Origin: an uncultured Alphaproteobacteria bacterium
GTDB taxonomy: Bacteria > Pseudomonadota > Alphaproteobacteria > Acetobacterales > Acetobacteraceae
Assembly: GCA_963799415.1 (NCBI GenBank)
Contig: CAWCXI010000027.1
Span: forward strand, 2,888-66,887
Direction: 5' to 3'
DNA: 64,000 bases
Made by a program: the position numbers and the translations under genes. The notes beneath the pieces were generated by a model. That model was not told where the DNA came from, made no database searches, and saw nothing but the letters and a program-made list of their open reading frames with translations. Positions 1 through 8,495 of this stretch are shown here, piece after piece; the first letter of the stretch is position 1; each line of letters begins with the position of its first letter.

Positions 1-217
1 TATCTCTACCTGCAGCGCGCCTTCAGCTCCGCCTGATCAACCGCCCAGTTGACAGCACCGGCGTCACTTTCCAGCACATTGACGCGCGCCCTGATGGACT
101 CGCATTACGGGTGATCGATGGGCGTCACACGCGTGTTCCGCGAACCTCATCGGGCCGCCAGTCAGCCGGAGCGCATACACCACCAGACCGCCTGCTGCCA
201 GCCGCGTTCACCATGCG

Positions 218-925
218 GATCCGCCGGCGTATGAGACATCCAGGTTAGCGCTGGATCCGGAGGGTGGTCGAAGCGAATGGCTCGCCGAGTTCCGTTCCGA
301 CATTACAACGCTGCTTGATAGGGCGGTGGTTGAGAGTTGTGTTGTGCCGGAGCGGCGCGAATTGCCGCCGAGTGGTGGGTTTGTATATGCGGGTTTCTGT
401 GACCCGAGCGGCGGCTCTAGCGACTCGATGTGCCTCGGTATTGCGCATGCTGAGGTAGGCGAGCTCGGGACGCAGGTAGGTGTGTTGGATGCGTTGATTG
501 AGGCGCGTCCGCCATTTGACCCTGATAGCGTTGTGAAGCAGTTTGCGGACATGCTGCGGTCTTATCGGCTTGGCAGTGTGACGGGCGACCGTTACGGCGG
601 CGACTGGCCTGCGAGCCGGTTTCAAGCGCACGGGATTACTTACGTCGCGGCTGAGAAATCGAAGTCGGAAGTGTATCTTGCGGTGCTGCCACTAATCAAC
701 GGCGGACGGATTGAACTACTCGATAACCCGCGGCTCATAGCCCAGTTCTGCTCGCTTGAGAGACGCGTTGGCAGAGGCACGGGCAGGCAGATAATCGACA
801 GCCCCCCGCGCCAACATGACGATCTAAGCAATGTGGCAAGTGGCGCTTTGACGTTGGTTGCTGGGCAGCCTGGTACGATAGCGACGTGGTTGATGTTGGG
901 CGGCATGAGCGTGGAGCAGGCGTGA
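218..925 (+). pseudogene. phage terminase large subunit remnant (C-terminal RNase H-like nuclease half only)
   Basis: ORF 326..925 (FCDPSGGSSDS, TGDRYGGDWP, HDDLSNV) is about 50% identical by eye to the C-terminal half of the terminase ORFs at 8496..10393. Similarity continues upstream in the same frame to about 218 (RSEWLAEF vs RSEYGAEF). There is no ATG/GTG/TTG in that stretch, and in-frame TGA stops lie at 80 and 92. The ATPase half is absent or out of frame at the window edge. Confidence 0.6.
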
Positions 926-950
926 GCTGCGATGCAAGGGAGAAGTAAGG

Positions 951-1574
951 ATGTATTTCACTGACGCTTATTACGTAAGCCCCGGCGCGAGGGCGAAGGG
1001 CTATGCGACGTGGGATGAGTTGCCGAAGAAGCTAGACGCGTTGCCCGGCATCTTGCCGAGGCTGGACGCAGTAGAGCGAGCGATCTGCATCATGGCGGGG
1101 GCAGCGGACGATCCGGGTGATGACGACGGCCAGGGTGCGGCGGATGCGGCGCCGGACATGGACTATTCGCCGGCCAACGAGCGCGATCGTGTAGCAGGCG
1201 CGCGGGAGTTTCAAAACGCGAAGAACGACGTCCCGAACCGCCGCGCCGATGGCACTGGCGACAGCGACGCATCGGTTCCCGCGCCAGTGACGCCTGTGGA
1301 CATCAACGGCAAGTGGAAGGCCTGGCGTCGCGACAATGAGAGCACGACGGGCGGCAGCCAATCGGTTGAGCCGAACAGCAAGCGCGCCGAGAGCTACGTC
1401 GGCGGCAACCAGGCCGGTACGATTTCCGGCAACACGTCGCGAACGGCGTCGACGCTGAACATGGGTCGGACGTTTGGCGTGACGGCTGACGCAATCGGTC
1501 CTGGCCACAATGCGTTTGGCGTAACCACGGGCAACATTGCCTACGTATCCAGCAAGTGGGAGGCGAGACGGTGA
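951..1574 (+). CDS. hypothetical protein, phage-like module, no recognisable domain
   Basis: 207-aa ORF directly downstream of the terminase remnant on the same strand. Acidic N-half and Gly/Thr/Asn-rich C-half. Its stop overlaps the next start (GTGA at 1571-1574). Confidence 0.4.
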   Translation: MYFTDAYYVSPGARAKGYATWDELPKKLDALPGILPRLDAVERAICIMAGAADDPGDDDGQGAADAAPDMDYSPANERDRVAGAREFQNAKNDVPNRRADGTGDSDASVPAPVTPVDINGKWKAWRRDNESTTGGSQSVEPNSKRAESYVGGNQAGTISGNTSRTASTLNMGRTFGVTADAIGPGHNAFGVTTGNIAYVSSKWEARR

Positions 1575-2350
1575 GCGGCGACGTAATCGGCCTGTCGCAG
1601 CCGGATAGGGCGTATCCGCGAACGCCTGAGTGGAAGGCGATGGAGGAGGCTAACGCTGCAGCGATGCAGAGGATGACGGCGGCGTTAGCGGCGAGGAATG
1701 GCGGAGGTTACGCCCCTGATGCGTCACCGGTTGCTGGCGAGGCTGCTGAGCCTGTTCTTAGCTTGGCAGAGGCCAAAGCGGCGCATGCGGCGGCCACCGC
1801 GAAGTTGGTGTTGGTACAAGAAGCGCGACAGCGTGCGCACGATAGGTTGGCTGCGCTCGAAAGAGACGCGGCGCGGTTCGCCACGCTAGACGACAGGATA
1901 CGTCGCACGCTGATTGAGCGCTCGTATTCCGACTCGCCTGATGATGAGTTGCCGATCGCCGACAGGGTAGCGTTGGACGAGAGGGCGCGGCTGATTGAGC
2001 GCACTTCGCAGGCGACACGTGCGGTTGGCCTGATGGACGAGGAGTTTCGCGCGGCCGAGCTAGAGGAACAATCGACTGACCGGTCTGTGAGAGCAGCGGC
2101 GAGCCATTGTCTCATGGCCGATGCGGAGCGGAAGGCAGAGCGGGTGGCCGCGCTGATGGCGGAACTGGTGTCTGAGCTACAGGACATCAAATCGCTGGCC
2201 GATGCGAACTTGCCGGGCATGCATGGTGCTGTGGCGTTGCCGCCTGCAGCTGTGCTGGCGCTGAACACGCCGTTGCCGGAGCTTGGCCGCGACTTGCAGC
2301 GCGAGCAGGCGCTGCGTGTTGAGCACGCGCGATTGATGGCAGATGACTGA
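1571..2350 (+). CDS. hypothetical Ala/Arg/Glu-rich (coiled-coil-like) protein
   Basis: ORF 1556..2350. The GTG at 1571 overlaps the upstream stop and has GGGAGG about 8 nt upstream. No family recognised. Confidence 0.4.
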   Translation: MSGDVIGLSQPDRAYPRTPEWKAMEEANAAAMQRMTAALAARNGGGYAPDASPVAGEAAEPVLSLAEAKAAHAAATAKLVLVQEARQRAHDRLAALERDAARFATLDDRIRRTLIERSYSDSPDDELPIADRVALDERARLIERTSQATRAVGLMDEEFRAAELEEQSTDRSVRAAASHCLMADAERKAERVAALMAELVSELQDIKSLADANLPGMHGAVALPPAAVLALNTPLPELGRDLQREQALRVEHARLMADD

Positions 2351-2748
2351 CATTCACGTCGACCGCTATGTCCTTAGCGCCGCAGAGGGGCGGGCTTCAG
2401 CCGGGGGAAGTGTCGAGACGTGTTACCCCGGCACAGATGCATCCCGCCCCTCCCGTGTGGTCACCGAGCGGAGCGGCGAAATGTCGGTGACACCTATTCG
2501 TATCCGGCGCGGCGGGTTTCTCCTTCCCTGGGCTTGGCCGCTTGTCCCCGCGTGGCCTGCGCGGGGGACACCTATTCGAGCCGGAGTGGCGTTTCGACAT
2601 TGCCGCCATTCGGAACCCACGGCGGGGAGTGGACCGCTCGGGTTCCCATTTATCTGGGCCGGCGGGCCCCCCCTGTTCCCGGCTATTGCCGCTGCGGCGG
2701 GCGGTCCGGTCCCGGATCCGCCGCACCACCCCATGAGGATTTGAGCGA

Positions 2749-3117
2749 ATGAGCGGCAGCTTAGGCCAATTGCCGGCGCAGGTTTTTCAGAACATCAGCG
2801 AGTTCGGATTGGCGGGCGCCACTGCGCTGGCGACGGTGCAACAGAGAGGTGCTGATAGCAGCGCCGCGCTGAGCTACTATTCCGCCGTTGTATCGGCGCT
2901 CGTCGCGATTGCCGGCGAGACCGTCTCCATTCCGACGTTCGGCCAATTCGCGAGCGTGAACTACACGTATGGCATAGGCACCATGCCGTCGCCTGCGTCT
3001 AAAGCCACCGTCAGCAAATGGGTCTACGGCAACGCGGTGCTGCCACCGATCGCAGCCGTGGGTGCGGTTGTGCTCTACGGCATCGCGACACTGCCGCCGC
3101 TACGTGTGTTGCACTGA
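2749..3117 (+). CDS. hypothetical Ala-rich, partly hydrophobic protein
   Basis: 122-aa ORF. The ATG is preceded by GAGGA about 9 nt upstream. No family recognised. Confidence 0.4.
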   Translation: MSGSLGQLPAQVFQNISEFGLAGATALATVQQRGADSSAALSYYSAVVSALVAIAGETVSIPTFGQFASVNYTYGIGTMPSPASKATVSKWVYGNAVLPPIAAVGAVVLYGIATLPPLRVLH

Positions 3118-3398
3118 CATGACGCTTAAGGCCAAGACGGTGCCGGCGCACAAGCAGCGTCGGGCACATGCGCAGAGCCACGGCGACCACAAGCAGGCCG
3201 AACGCTGGCAGCAGGCGCAGAAGCGAGTTGCCGAACGCCACCGGGCGGAACGTGAGGCGCAAGAGATGAAGCCGGAGCGGCTGGCGTGACCAAGCTCGGG
3301 CGCAAGCGCAGCCGGCGCATCGGCCAGCGTATGGCGGCCAGCACCAGGCCACAGGCGGCGATATCAGCGCGCCAATCGCGGACTGACCGGCAACAGGC

Positions 3399-3668
3399 AT
3401 GGGCGCGGACGCAGACGCTGCTAATGGCGCGCACGACCAAGCCGCCGGAGACGACGTGACCGAGGACCAGGAGGCGCTCGTCGAGCAGACGCTGCGCGCT
3501 CTCGTGGACCTTCCGGACGCATTCGCCTGCCAGCATGTGATGCTGACGATCTGTTTCAATCTGTGGTGCATGACACGCTGGGATAACTGGCCGCAGTTCG
3601 CAGCAAAGGTGCAGCGCGAACTGGAGCAGGCGGCCGCGCTGCATTCCGAGCCAATGGGCCACGCATGA
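3399..3668 (+). CDS. hypothetical protein
   Basis: 89-aa ORF with an acidic N-terminus. Only positional support (same strand as the module, coupled to the next mini-ORF). Confidence 0.3.
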   Translation: MGADADAANGAHDQAAGDDVTEDQEALVEQTLRALVDLPDAFACQHVMLTICFNLWCMTRWDNWPQFAAKVQRELEQAAALHSEPMGHA

Positions 3669-3748
3669 AGCCGCGCGCCGTGATGTGGCTCGTGATCGGT
3701 CTGGTTGCCGTAAGCTATGCCCGCCTGTTGGTACTAATCACGCGCTAA
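3665..3748 (+). CDS. putative 27-aa single-pass membrane peptide
   Basis: Hand-translated because it is below the ORF-track cutoff: MKPRAVMWLVIGLVAVSYARLLVLITR. Its ATG overlaps the stop of 3399..3668 (ATGA). Confidence 0.25.
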   Translation: MKPRAVMWLVIGLVAVSYARLLVLITR

Positions 3749-4028
3749 GACTTAGATATGTCGTTCATACAGGACCGATGATGATACGGTTTGCCGGATC
3801 GGTCGCCAAGTAGATCACCATGCCGAGGATGGCGATGACGACAGCAGCCAGGATCAGATAGATGTAGTGGCTCACACGCGCTTACAGTAGCACGAAAGGC
3901 ATCCGCGCTCAAAATTTGCAGTGTATCAAATTAACTAACCCGGTCGGTTTAGACCCATGTGCTAAGTCGACTCGTAGCTAGGCACTACACTACGTTTGGC
4001 CCCACGTTGTTGTTTCCCCGTCCTTCAA

Positions 4029-4059
4029 GCCTGCTCCCCCCGGGGGGCAGGCTTTTTTT
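4029..4059 (+). terminator. intrinsic terminator (GC hairpin plus T7 run)
   Basis: GCCTGC(T)CCCCCC/GGGGGGCAGGC stem followed by TTTTTTT at 4053-4059. It abuts the stop codon of the minus-strand PIN gene (4061). Confidence 0.7.
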
Positions 4060-4060
4060 G

Positions 4061-4537
4061 CTATCTCAGTAGATGAACCTGCAGTCCTTCCTGTTCCGCT
4101 GCCGTTTGTAGATCTTTGTCGGCAGTTACGAGGACAGTTTGGGAGTCTCCAGCCATTCGAGAGAAATAGCCCATTTTTACGCTGAGGATCTGGAATGCAT
4201 CGGAAAAGTCGAGGGCCGGGTGTTTGCGGCACATCTCCTGGACCTTACCGAAGATAAGGGGATCGGTGAAATTAATATCACGGATATCACGCGTGCGCGC
4301 GCCGAACTCAGCCACCAACCTAAGACCTAGGTCATGATATTGTTCCTCGGTAATCTCTCGTCGATATTTGAATTTCACCTTGAGGACGCTTAGAGCCTCA
4401 AAGAAGCAGAAGGGGGTTGTATACCAATTGGCATGTCCCCGAAGGTACTCGCGAAGCTCGCTGCTGCCTCGCTCCTCTATGTATAGTTTCACCAATGCAG
4501 ATGCGTCGAGGCAATGCGTCCGAACTGCCGTGGACAT
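4061..4537 (-). CDS. PIN-domain protein (VapC-like toxin candidate)
   Basis: Within ORF 4061..4618, the internal ATG at 4537 is preceded by GGAGGA 5 nt upstream. CLDASALVKLYIEE at the N-terminus, and later DAFQILS and VLVTADKDL, supply the acidic positions typical of PIN domains. 158 aa. Visibly lower GC than the flanks. Confidence 0.7.
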   Translation of the reverse strand: MSTAVRTHCLDASALVKLYIEERGSSELREYLRGHANWYTTPFCFFEALSVLKVKFKYRREITEEQYHDLGLRLVAEFGARTRDIRDINFTDPLIFGKVQEMCRKHPALDFSDAFQILSVKMGYFSRMAGDSQTVLVTADKDLQTAAEQEGLQVHLLR

Positions 4538-4635
4538 GAAATCCTCCCAGGGGCCATTCCGCCGCCGTCGGTAAGCATAGCGCCAGGCCGAACTGGCGGG
4601 CATAGCAGGCGCGTGCAACGGCTGGCGCTGCCGGG

Positions 4636-4649
4636 CTAAACTTGTTTAG
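4636..4649. promoter_or_regulatory. perfect 6-2-6 palindrome CTAAAC TT GTTTAG, candidate RHH operator
   Basis: AT-rich inverted repeat in the 137-bp divergent intergenic region, about 25 nt upstream of the RHH start codon. Confidence 0.35.
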
Positions 4650-4674
4650 TAGCGCAATAACACAGGAAGTTGTA

Positions 4675-4845
4675 ATGCCACCGAAGAAGAAGGCTGCGCC
4701 CAAGAAGGACCGCCGCATTGCGCTCGTGATAACGGAAGCTGAACTAGCCGCGCTGGACGCTTGGCGGGCCAGGAACCACGTCTGGAGCCGTAGCGCCGCC
4801 ATACGCTGGCTAGTGGCCGAAGGCATCGCCAGACGCAAGGCTTAG
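4675..4845 (+). CDS. ribbon-helix-helix (CopG/Arc/MetJ-like) DNA-binding protein
   Basis: Within ORF 4642..4845, the ATG at 4675 is preceded by AGGAAG. A Lys-rich tail is followed by RIALVITEAELAALDAW..SRSAAIRWLVAEGI, which fits a strand-helix-helix pattern. 56 aa. Confidence 0.6.
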   Translation: MPPKKKAAPKKDRRIALVITEAELAALDAWRARNHVWSRSAAIRWLVAEGIARRKA

Positions 4846-5033
4846 GGCGACCACAGACCTCGCGTCGGTCAATCTCTCCGCCGCCCAGGGGGGATCAACC
4901 CCTACTCGAACAGCACAATCCGACGCACCGGCCGACTAGTGACTCCCTCGATGCCGGTCAACAGCTCGACCCGCCCTGCCCGGCCGCCACAGCCATCGTG
5001 GCACGTACTGCTGCTGCCCGAATCCGCCTAAGG

Positions 5034-5810
5034 CTAGCTTAGATGGGTGTACGTGATCGGTAGGGCACCCGTCAGATTGGTGGTTATAGAAACGGTACCC
5101 ACGGACTGGTGGGCAATCGGTGTAACACCGTCGAGGTCTTTGAAGACCAGCGATGCGACCACGCTGCCGCTTGAGTCAGTGAGTTCAAATTTCCCAGAGT
5201 GCTTGTCAAACAGTTCCTGAGTGGCGATGGTCGATTGCACCGCGATTGTAAAAAAATCTGCGAAACCGCTAATCGTGTTGCCGTTCGCCCCGATCATGCT
5301 CACGGTGCCACCGTTGGTGTCGAACTTGATGCCAATCTTCGGATCAACATGGCCGAGAATGGCAGTACTGCCGCCGCCGATATCGATCGTTCCATGACCG
5401 GTGACTGGACCTGCGTCAAGCCCTGGGTCTGGTGGTGTGCCCGTTTGCAGGAACGCCTGACCTGTCAGGAACAGGTTGCCGTTCAAGGTCATCTTGTCCA
5501 TTGATAGGTCGGTGCCGTTAACAAGATGGCTGTCACCATCAAGGGTGAGATTGGCAGAAGCCCCACTGTCATGGATTAACATTTCGCCGTTGATGAACTG
5601 CATGCCTTGCTTGACCGTCAGGTTCGACGACAAGTTTATGGTATCAAAGTCACTGGAAGTTGGGCCACTCACATTGATCGACTTCACCGTCTCAGGATTG
5701 AACAGATCGAGCGTGGCACCACCGTTGAAGACCAGTGTATCGTTGGTAAGGCTGTTATTGATATCACTCGTGACAGCCCCGCTCGGAAGAGTCACTGTTT
5801 TTCTGGACAT
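5034..5810 (-). CDS. hypothetical Asn/Thr/Gly/Ser-rich beta-strand-repeat protein
   Basis: 258-aa ORF, roughly 50% GC by eye. Short repeated beta-like segments (LTVKQG, LTLDGD, MTLNGN, GTIDIGGG). No N-terminal signal peptide. No family recognised. Confidence 0.5.
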   Translation of the reverse strand: MSRKTVTLPSGAVTSDINNSLTNDTLVFNGGATLDLFNPETVKSINVSGPTSSDFDTINLSSNLTVKQGMQFINGEMLIHDSGASANLTLDGDSHLVNGTDLSMDKMTLNGNLFLTGQAFLQTGTPPDPGLDAGPVTGHGTIDIGGGSTAILGHVDPKIGIKFDTNGGTVSMIGANGNTISGFADFFTIAVQSTIATQELFDKHSGKFELTDSSGSVVASLVFKDLDGVTPIAHQSVGTVSITTNLTGALPITYTHLS

Positions 5811-6118
5811 TGTTTTGGCCTCTCAGTTCCAGCTTGATTGCGTGGCCCGAATCAGGTACGTGAGCTTAAGAGTGCACCACTGTTACCGGCAGGTGACGAC
5901 ATTTGCAGTACACGCCAACTGGTGACAACCGGCTGTGAGGTAGGTCCCACTTTGGCGGGGAAACTTAGCTTGCCAGAGTCCCTGGTGTACTATCTAGTTG
6001 CCCAGGTAGAAAACGGCGAAAAAACCCTGGCATTTTCCTCCGCCGGGCGTCTCATGGCCGGAAAGATCGCCGTGTGCCAATTGGCAAAGCGCCACCTGCC
6101 GTCTTAGACTTTACCAAC

Positions 6119-6418
6119 ATGGCTATCGTCAGCAGCAGCTATCGCCCGAAGCGGGCGCGCAAACGGAAAGTCTCGCCTGCGATCCCGCAGCACATTGTCA
6201 CAACAGCAACGAAGCGCGCCATGGTGGTTGAGGCGCAGCCTCCCGAGACCCAGGCCAGCCGGGAACCCAACAAGTCGCGCATCGTCACGGTCCGGAATCC
6301 TCGGTCCAGCCGGTTTGGTCCCGTGCCAGAAATGACACCCGACGAGCACCAGCGGCGCGGTGATGCCGCCGAGGCGCTATTCCGTGAACTGGTACGGCGG
6401 GCGGCTGCAAATGAGTGA
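6119..6418 (+). CDS. small basic hypothetical protein (MAIV..YRPKRA type)
   Basis: Within ORF 6074..6418, ATG at 6119. The N-terminus MAIVSSSYRPKRARKRK resembles recurrent small hypothetical genes of alphaproteobacterial accessory regions (from memory). The stop overlaps the next start. Confidence 0.5.
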   Translation: MAIVSSSYRPKRARKRKVSPAIPQHIVTTATKRAMVVEAQPPETQASREPNKSRIVTVRNPRSSRFGPVPEMTPDEHQRRGDAAEALFRELVRRAAANE

Positions 6419-6644
6419 CCTGCCGACCGTCCGCGACTTCGCCAACGGCAATGCGGGCGTGCATCTGGTGGTGTGGTGCAAAGCGTGTCGCCACCAGGAA
6501 ACCGTTGCCTTCGCCAAGCTCGCCGAGGCTGGCAAAGGCGACGCGCCCGTGGCCCAGTTGCGGTTCCGTTGCACGCTGTGCCGATCGAGGCTGACCGACT
6601 ACGTCGTCGAGGGTACGCACCTCGGGCCGAAGGGAAAGCGGTAG
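6411..6644 (+). CDS. zinc-ribbon-like small protein
   Basis: Within ORF 6360..6644, ATG at 6411 overlaps the upstream stop (ATGAGTGA). Two CxxC pairs (WCKACRH, RCTLCRS). 77 aa. Confidence 0.5.
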   Translation: MSDLPTVRDFANGNAGVHLVVWCKACRHQETVAFAKLAEAGKGDAPVAQLRFRCTLCRSRLTDYVVEGTHLGPKGKR

Positions 6645-6856
6645 CGCACGGGTTGTTCGGGTGCCGTCTCGTTGCCGCCCACGGCATTGGCTGACCACGA
6701 GCCAGCCCACCCGCGCCTGATGATCTCCTGGGCGTTTAGAAGGGCGAGGAAAGGTGCCAGGCTGGACGGCCCTGGCAGCGTTCAGGCGTTCGTCGGGACC
6801 AGATGGGCGGTGAGGTTCTTCACCGGGTCGTTGACGAAATGCACGATGCCGCCGGT

Positions 6857-7261
6857 TTACCCGGATAGGGTGAGCGATGTACCGCCGTGGCCATCCGGCG
6901 TGGTGGTGGCAGTCTGACCGAACTGAGTCTCGATATACACTTTGCCAGTCGGATCGTTCTGGAAGCCGTAGACCTTGAGATCGGCGGCCGACATCGTGGT
7001 GCCTTCGTCAAGCATGTAGAAGTCCATGGTAAGGCCCTTGCCGAAGTCATAGATGGCATCGCCAAGGCCGCCTTCGCCCGCTCCGACGAACTGGTTGGTA
7101 CCTATGGCAATGACCGAGGTTCCTGCGCTGCGTGAGAAGCTCAGGCTGTCGTTGACGCCGCTGAATAGGATCACGTCGTTGTTGTCGTAGGATATGTCGC
7201 TGTTCCCGCTGGTGGCGAGCAAGAAGGTGTTGTCTTGGCCGCTGTGAGTAAGGGCGGTCAT
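6857..7261 (-). CDS. hypothetical protein sharing an N-terminal motif with 5034..5810
   Basis: 134-aa ORF with no signal peptide. SDISYDNNDVILFSG compares with SDINNSLTNDTLVFNGG in the 258-aa protein. Lower GC than the genome background. Confidence 0.45.
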   Translation of the reverse strand: MTALTHSGQDNTFLLATSGNSDISYDNNDVILFSGVNDSLSFSRSAGTSVIAIGTNQFVGAGEGGLGDAIYDFGKGLTMDFYMLDEGTTMSAADLKVYGFQNDPTGKVYIETQFGQTATTTPDGHGGTSLTLSG

Positions 7262-7665
7262 TGTGTTTCCTCTGGTTTTTTCGGTCGGCGAGGGTGGATA
7301 TTAGCACAGCGCAAGCGGCAGCGAGGCGATGGCGGCGTTCACCGAGCCAGCCTGCAGCCACCACGCCAGCCGCGTATGCGCGTCGGGATCAGGCGGGGCA
7401 GTGGACGCGGACGGAAAACGTCTGCCACCACGAGATGCCGATCAGTACCACCAGCGTCGCCGGTTCAAGACACCGCCCGGTGGGGGGTTGAGGGCACTCG
7501 GCAGTGCCACGGGGCGGAGCCTGGCCTGAGGTACGCCAAAGTGAGAAGCCTCGCTGGGTGGAGGGTCAGCGACGCTTCCCGCCGTGACGGCAGCGAGGCC
7601 GAGGGCCGCGCGACCTCGCGGGCTGGAGAACCGAGAATACGGTGCGTCGGTTTCCACTCTGCTGT

Positions 7666-8121
7666 TCAAATACGCGCGCCGCGCGTTGGCCCCGGCGACT
7701 TGGCGCTGACGCGGACGAAACCGCCGTGCCCGCAACGATCAGGTACCTGGTAACCAGGCGGGACTGCCCAGTACGGATTGTATGCGGGAGCGGGCGGTGG
7801 ATAGTAAGCAGGTGGTGGAGCGTAGTAGACCGGAGGAGGTGGTGCATACAGGTACGGAGCAGCGAGTGCCCCTCCGAGGATCGCTCCACCTATGATGGCA
7901 GGTGCGACCCACGCGTAACCATTCCAGCAGCAGTGTCCACCATGCCATCCACCACCGTAGTACGGATGGAACGCAGGTCCACCACGAAATACTGTTGTAC
8001 CTCCAGCTGGACCATGAAATACGGCTACCCCACCGCGACGCTGAGCCTGAGCGTCCGTAGGTACCAGACTGGACGCTATAAGACCTAAACCGATAGCCGA
8101 AGCGACAATGATCTTGTTCAT
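7666..8121 (-). CDS. secreted Gly/Pro/Tyr-rich low-complexity protein
   Basis: Signal peptide MNKIIVASAIGLGLIASSLVPTDAQA. Then YYGGGWHGG and PPPPVYYAPPPAYYPPPAPAYNPYW. Confidence 0.55.
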   Translation of the reverse strand: MNKIIVASAIGLGLIASSLVPTDAQAQRRGGVAVFHGPAGGTTVFRGGPAFHPYYGGGWHGGHCCWNGYAWVAPAIIGGAILGGALAAPYLYAPPPPVYYAPPPAYYPPPAPAYNPYWAVPPGYQVPDRCGHGGFVRVSAKSPGPTRGARI

Positions 8122-8495
8122 CTACTTACCCTCGCAACGATCGTTCTCGACTTTGGACGATGATCGGCGGTTTGGTGGGCATGTGGCTCGATCGTGAAAA
8201 CGTGGAAGCCCGCCGCTCTTGGGGAACCCGGAACGAGCCTCCACAAGTGTGTCCCTCTAAAAGAGGCGGACACGCGGGAAGATTTTCGCGCCCGCGTCGG
8301 TCGATTGATATGGTGCGTCGCTCGGCTGACGGCAACGAGCTTCCGAGACAGGGCGCCCGGTACATAGGGGTTGCCCCCATTGGACGCGTGGCGCCCCCGG
8401 ACCCTCGTCGGCGGCTCTGGCTTAGGGTTCTCACGCACGAGGTGAGTCTGTAGAAGGGCGGCGAGGCTTTCAATTTCCTCGAGTCGCACTGCCGT

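Noticed and set aside
2489-2578. Repeated 12-mer with a spacer, considered as a mini-CRISPR array
   Set aside because: There are only two exact copies. The repeats are imperfect beyond 12 nt. The period is about 78 nt. No cas genes are present.
2343-2744. 133-aa ORF overlapping the upstream stop (ATGACTGA) that could be read as a coupled gene
   Set aside because: The product is Trp/Pro/Arg/Gly-rich junk-like sequence. All six frames are open here because of GC richness. The region is dominated by direct repeats and hairpins. It is treated as non-coding, though a short N-terminal peptide cannot be excluded.
3286-3459. 57-codon GTG-initiated basic ORF (VTKLGRKRSRRIGQRM..) overlapping the stop at 3287-3289
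   Set aside because: It is below the ORF-track cutoff, overlaps the 3399..3668 ORF, and has no recognisable features. Coding status is undecidable from sequence alone.
8249-8273. Near-perfect hairpin GTGTCCCTCT AAA AGAGGCGGACAC upstream of the secreted Gly/Pro/Tyr-rich protein gene
   Set aside because: There is no T-run and no gene end nearby, so no function can be inferred. Noted only as a structure.
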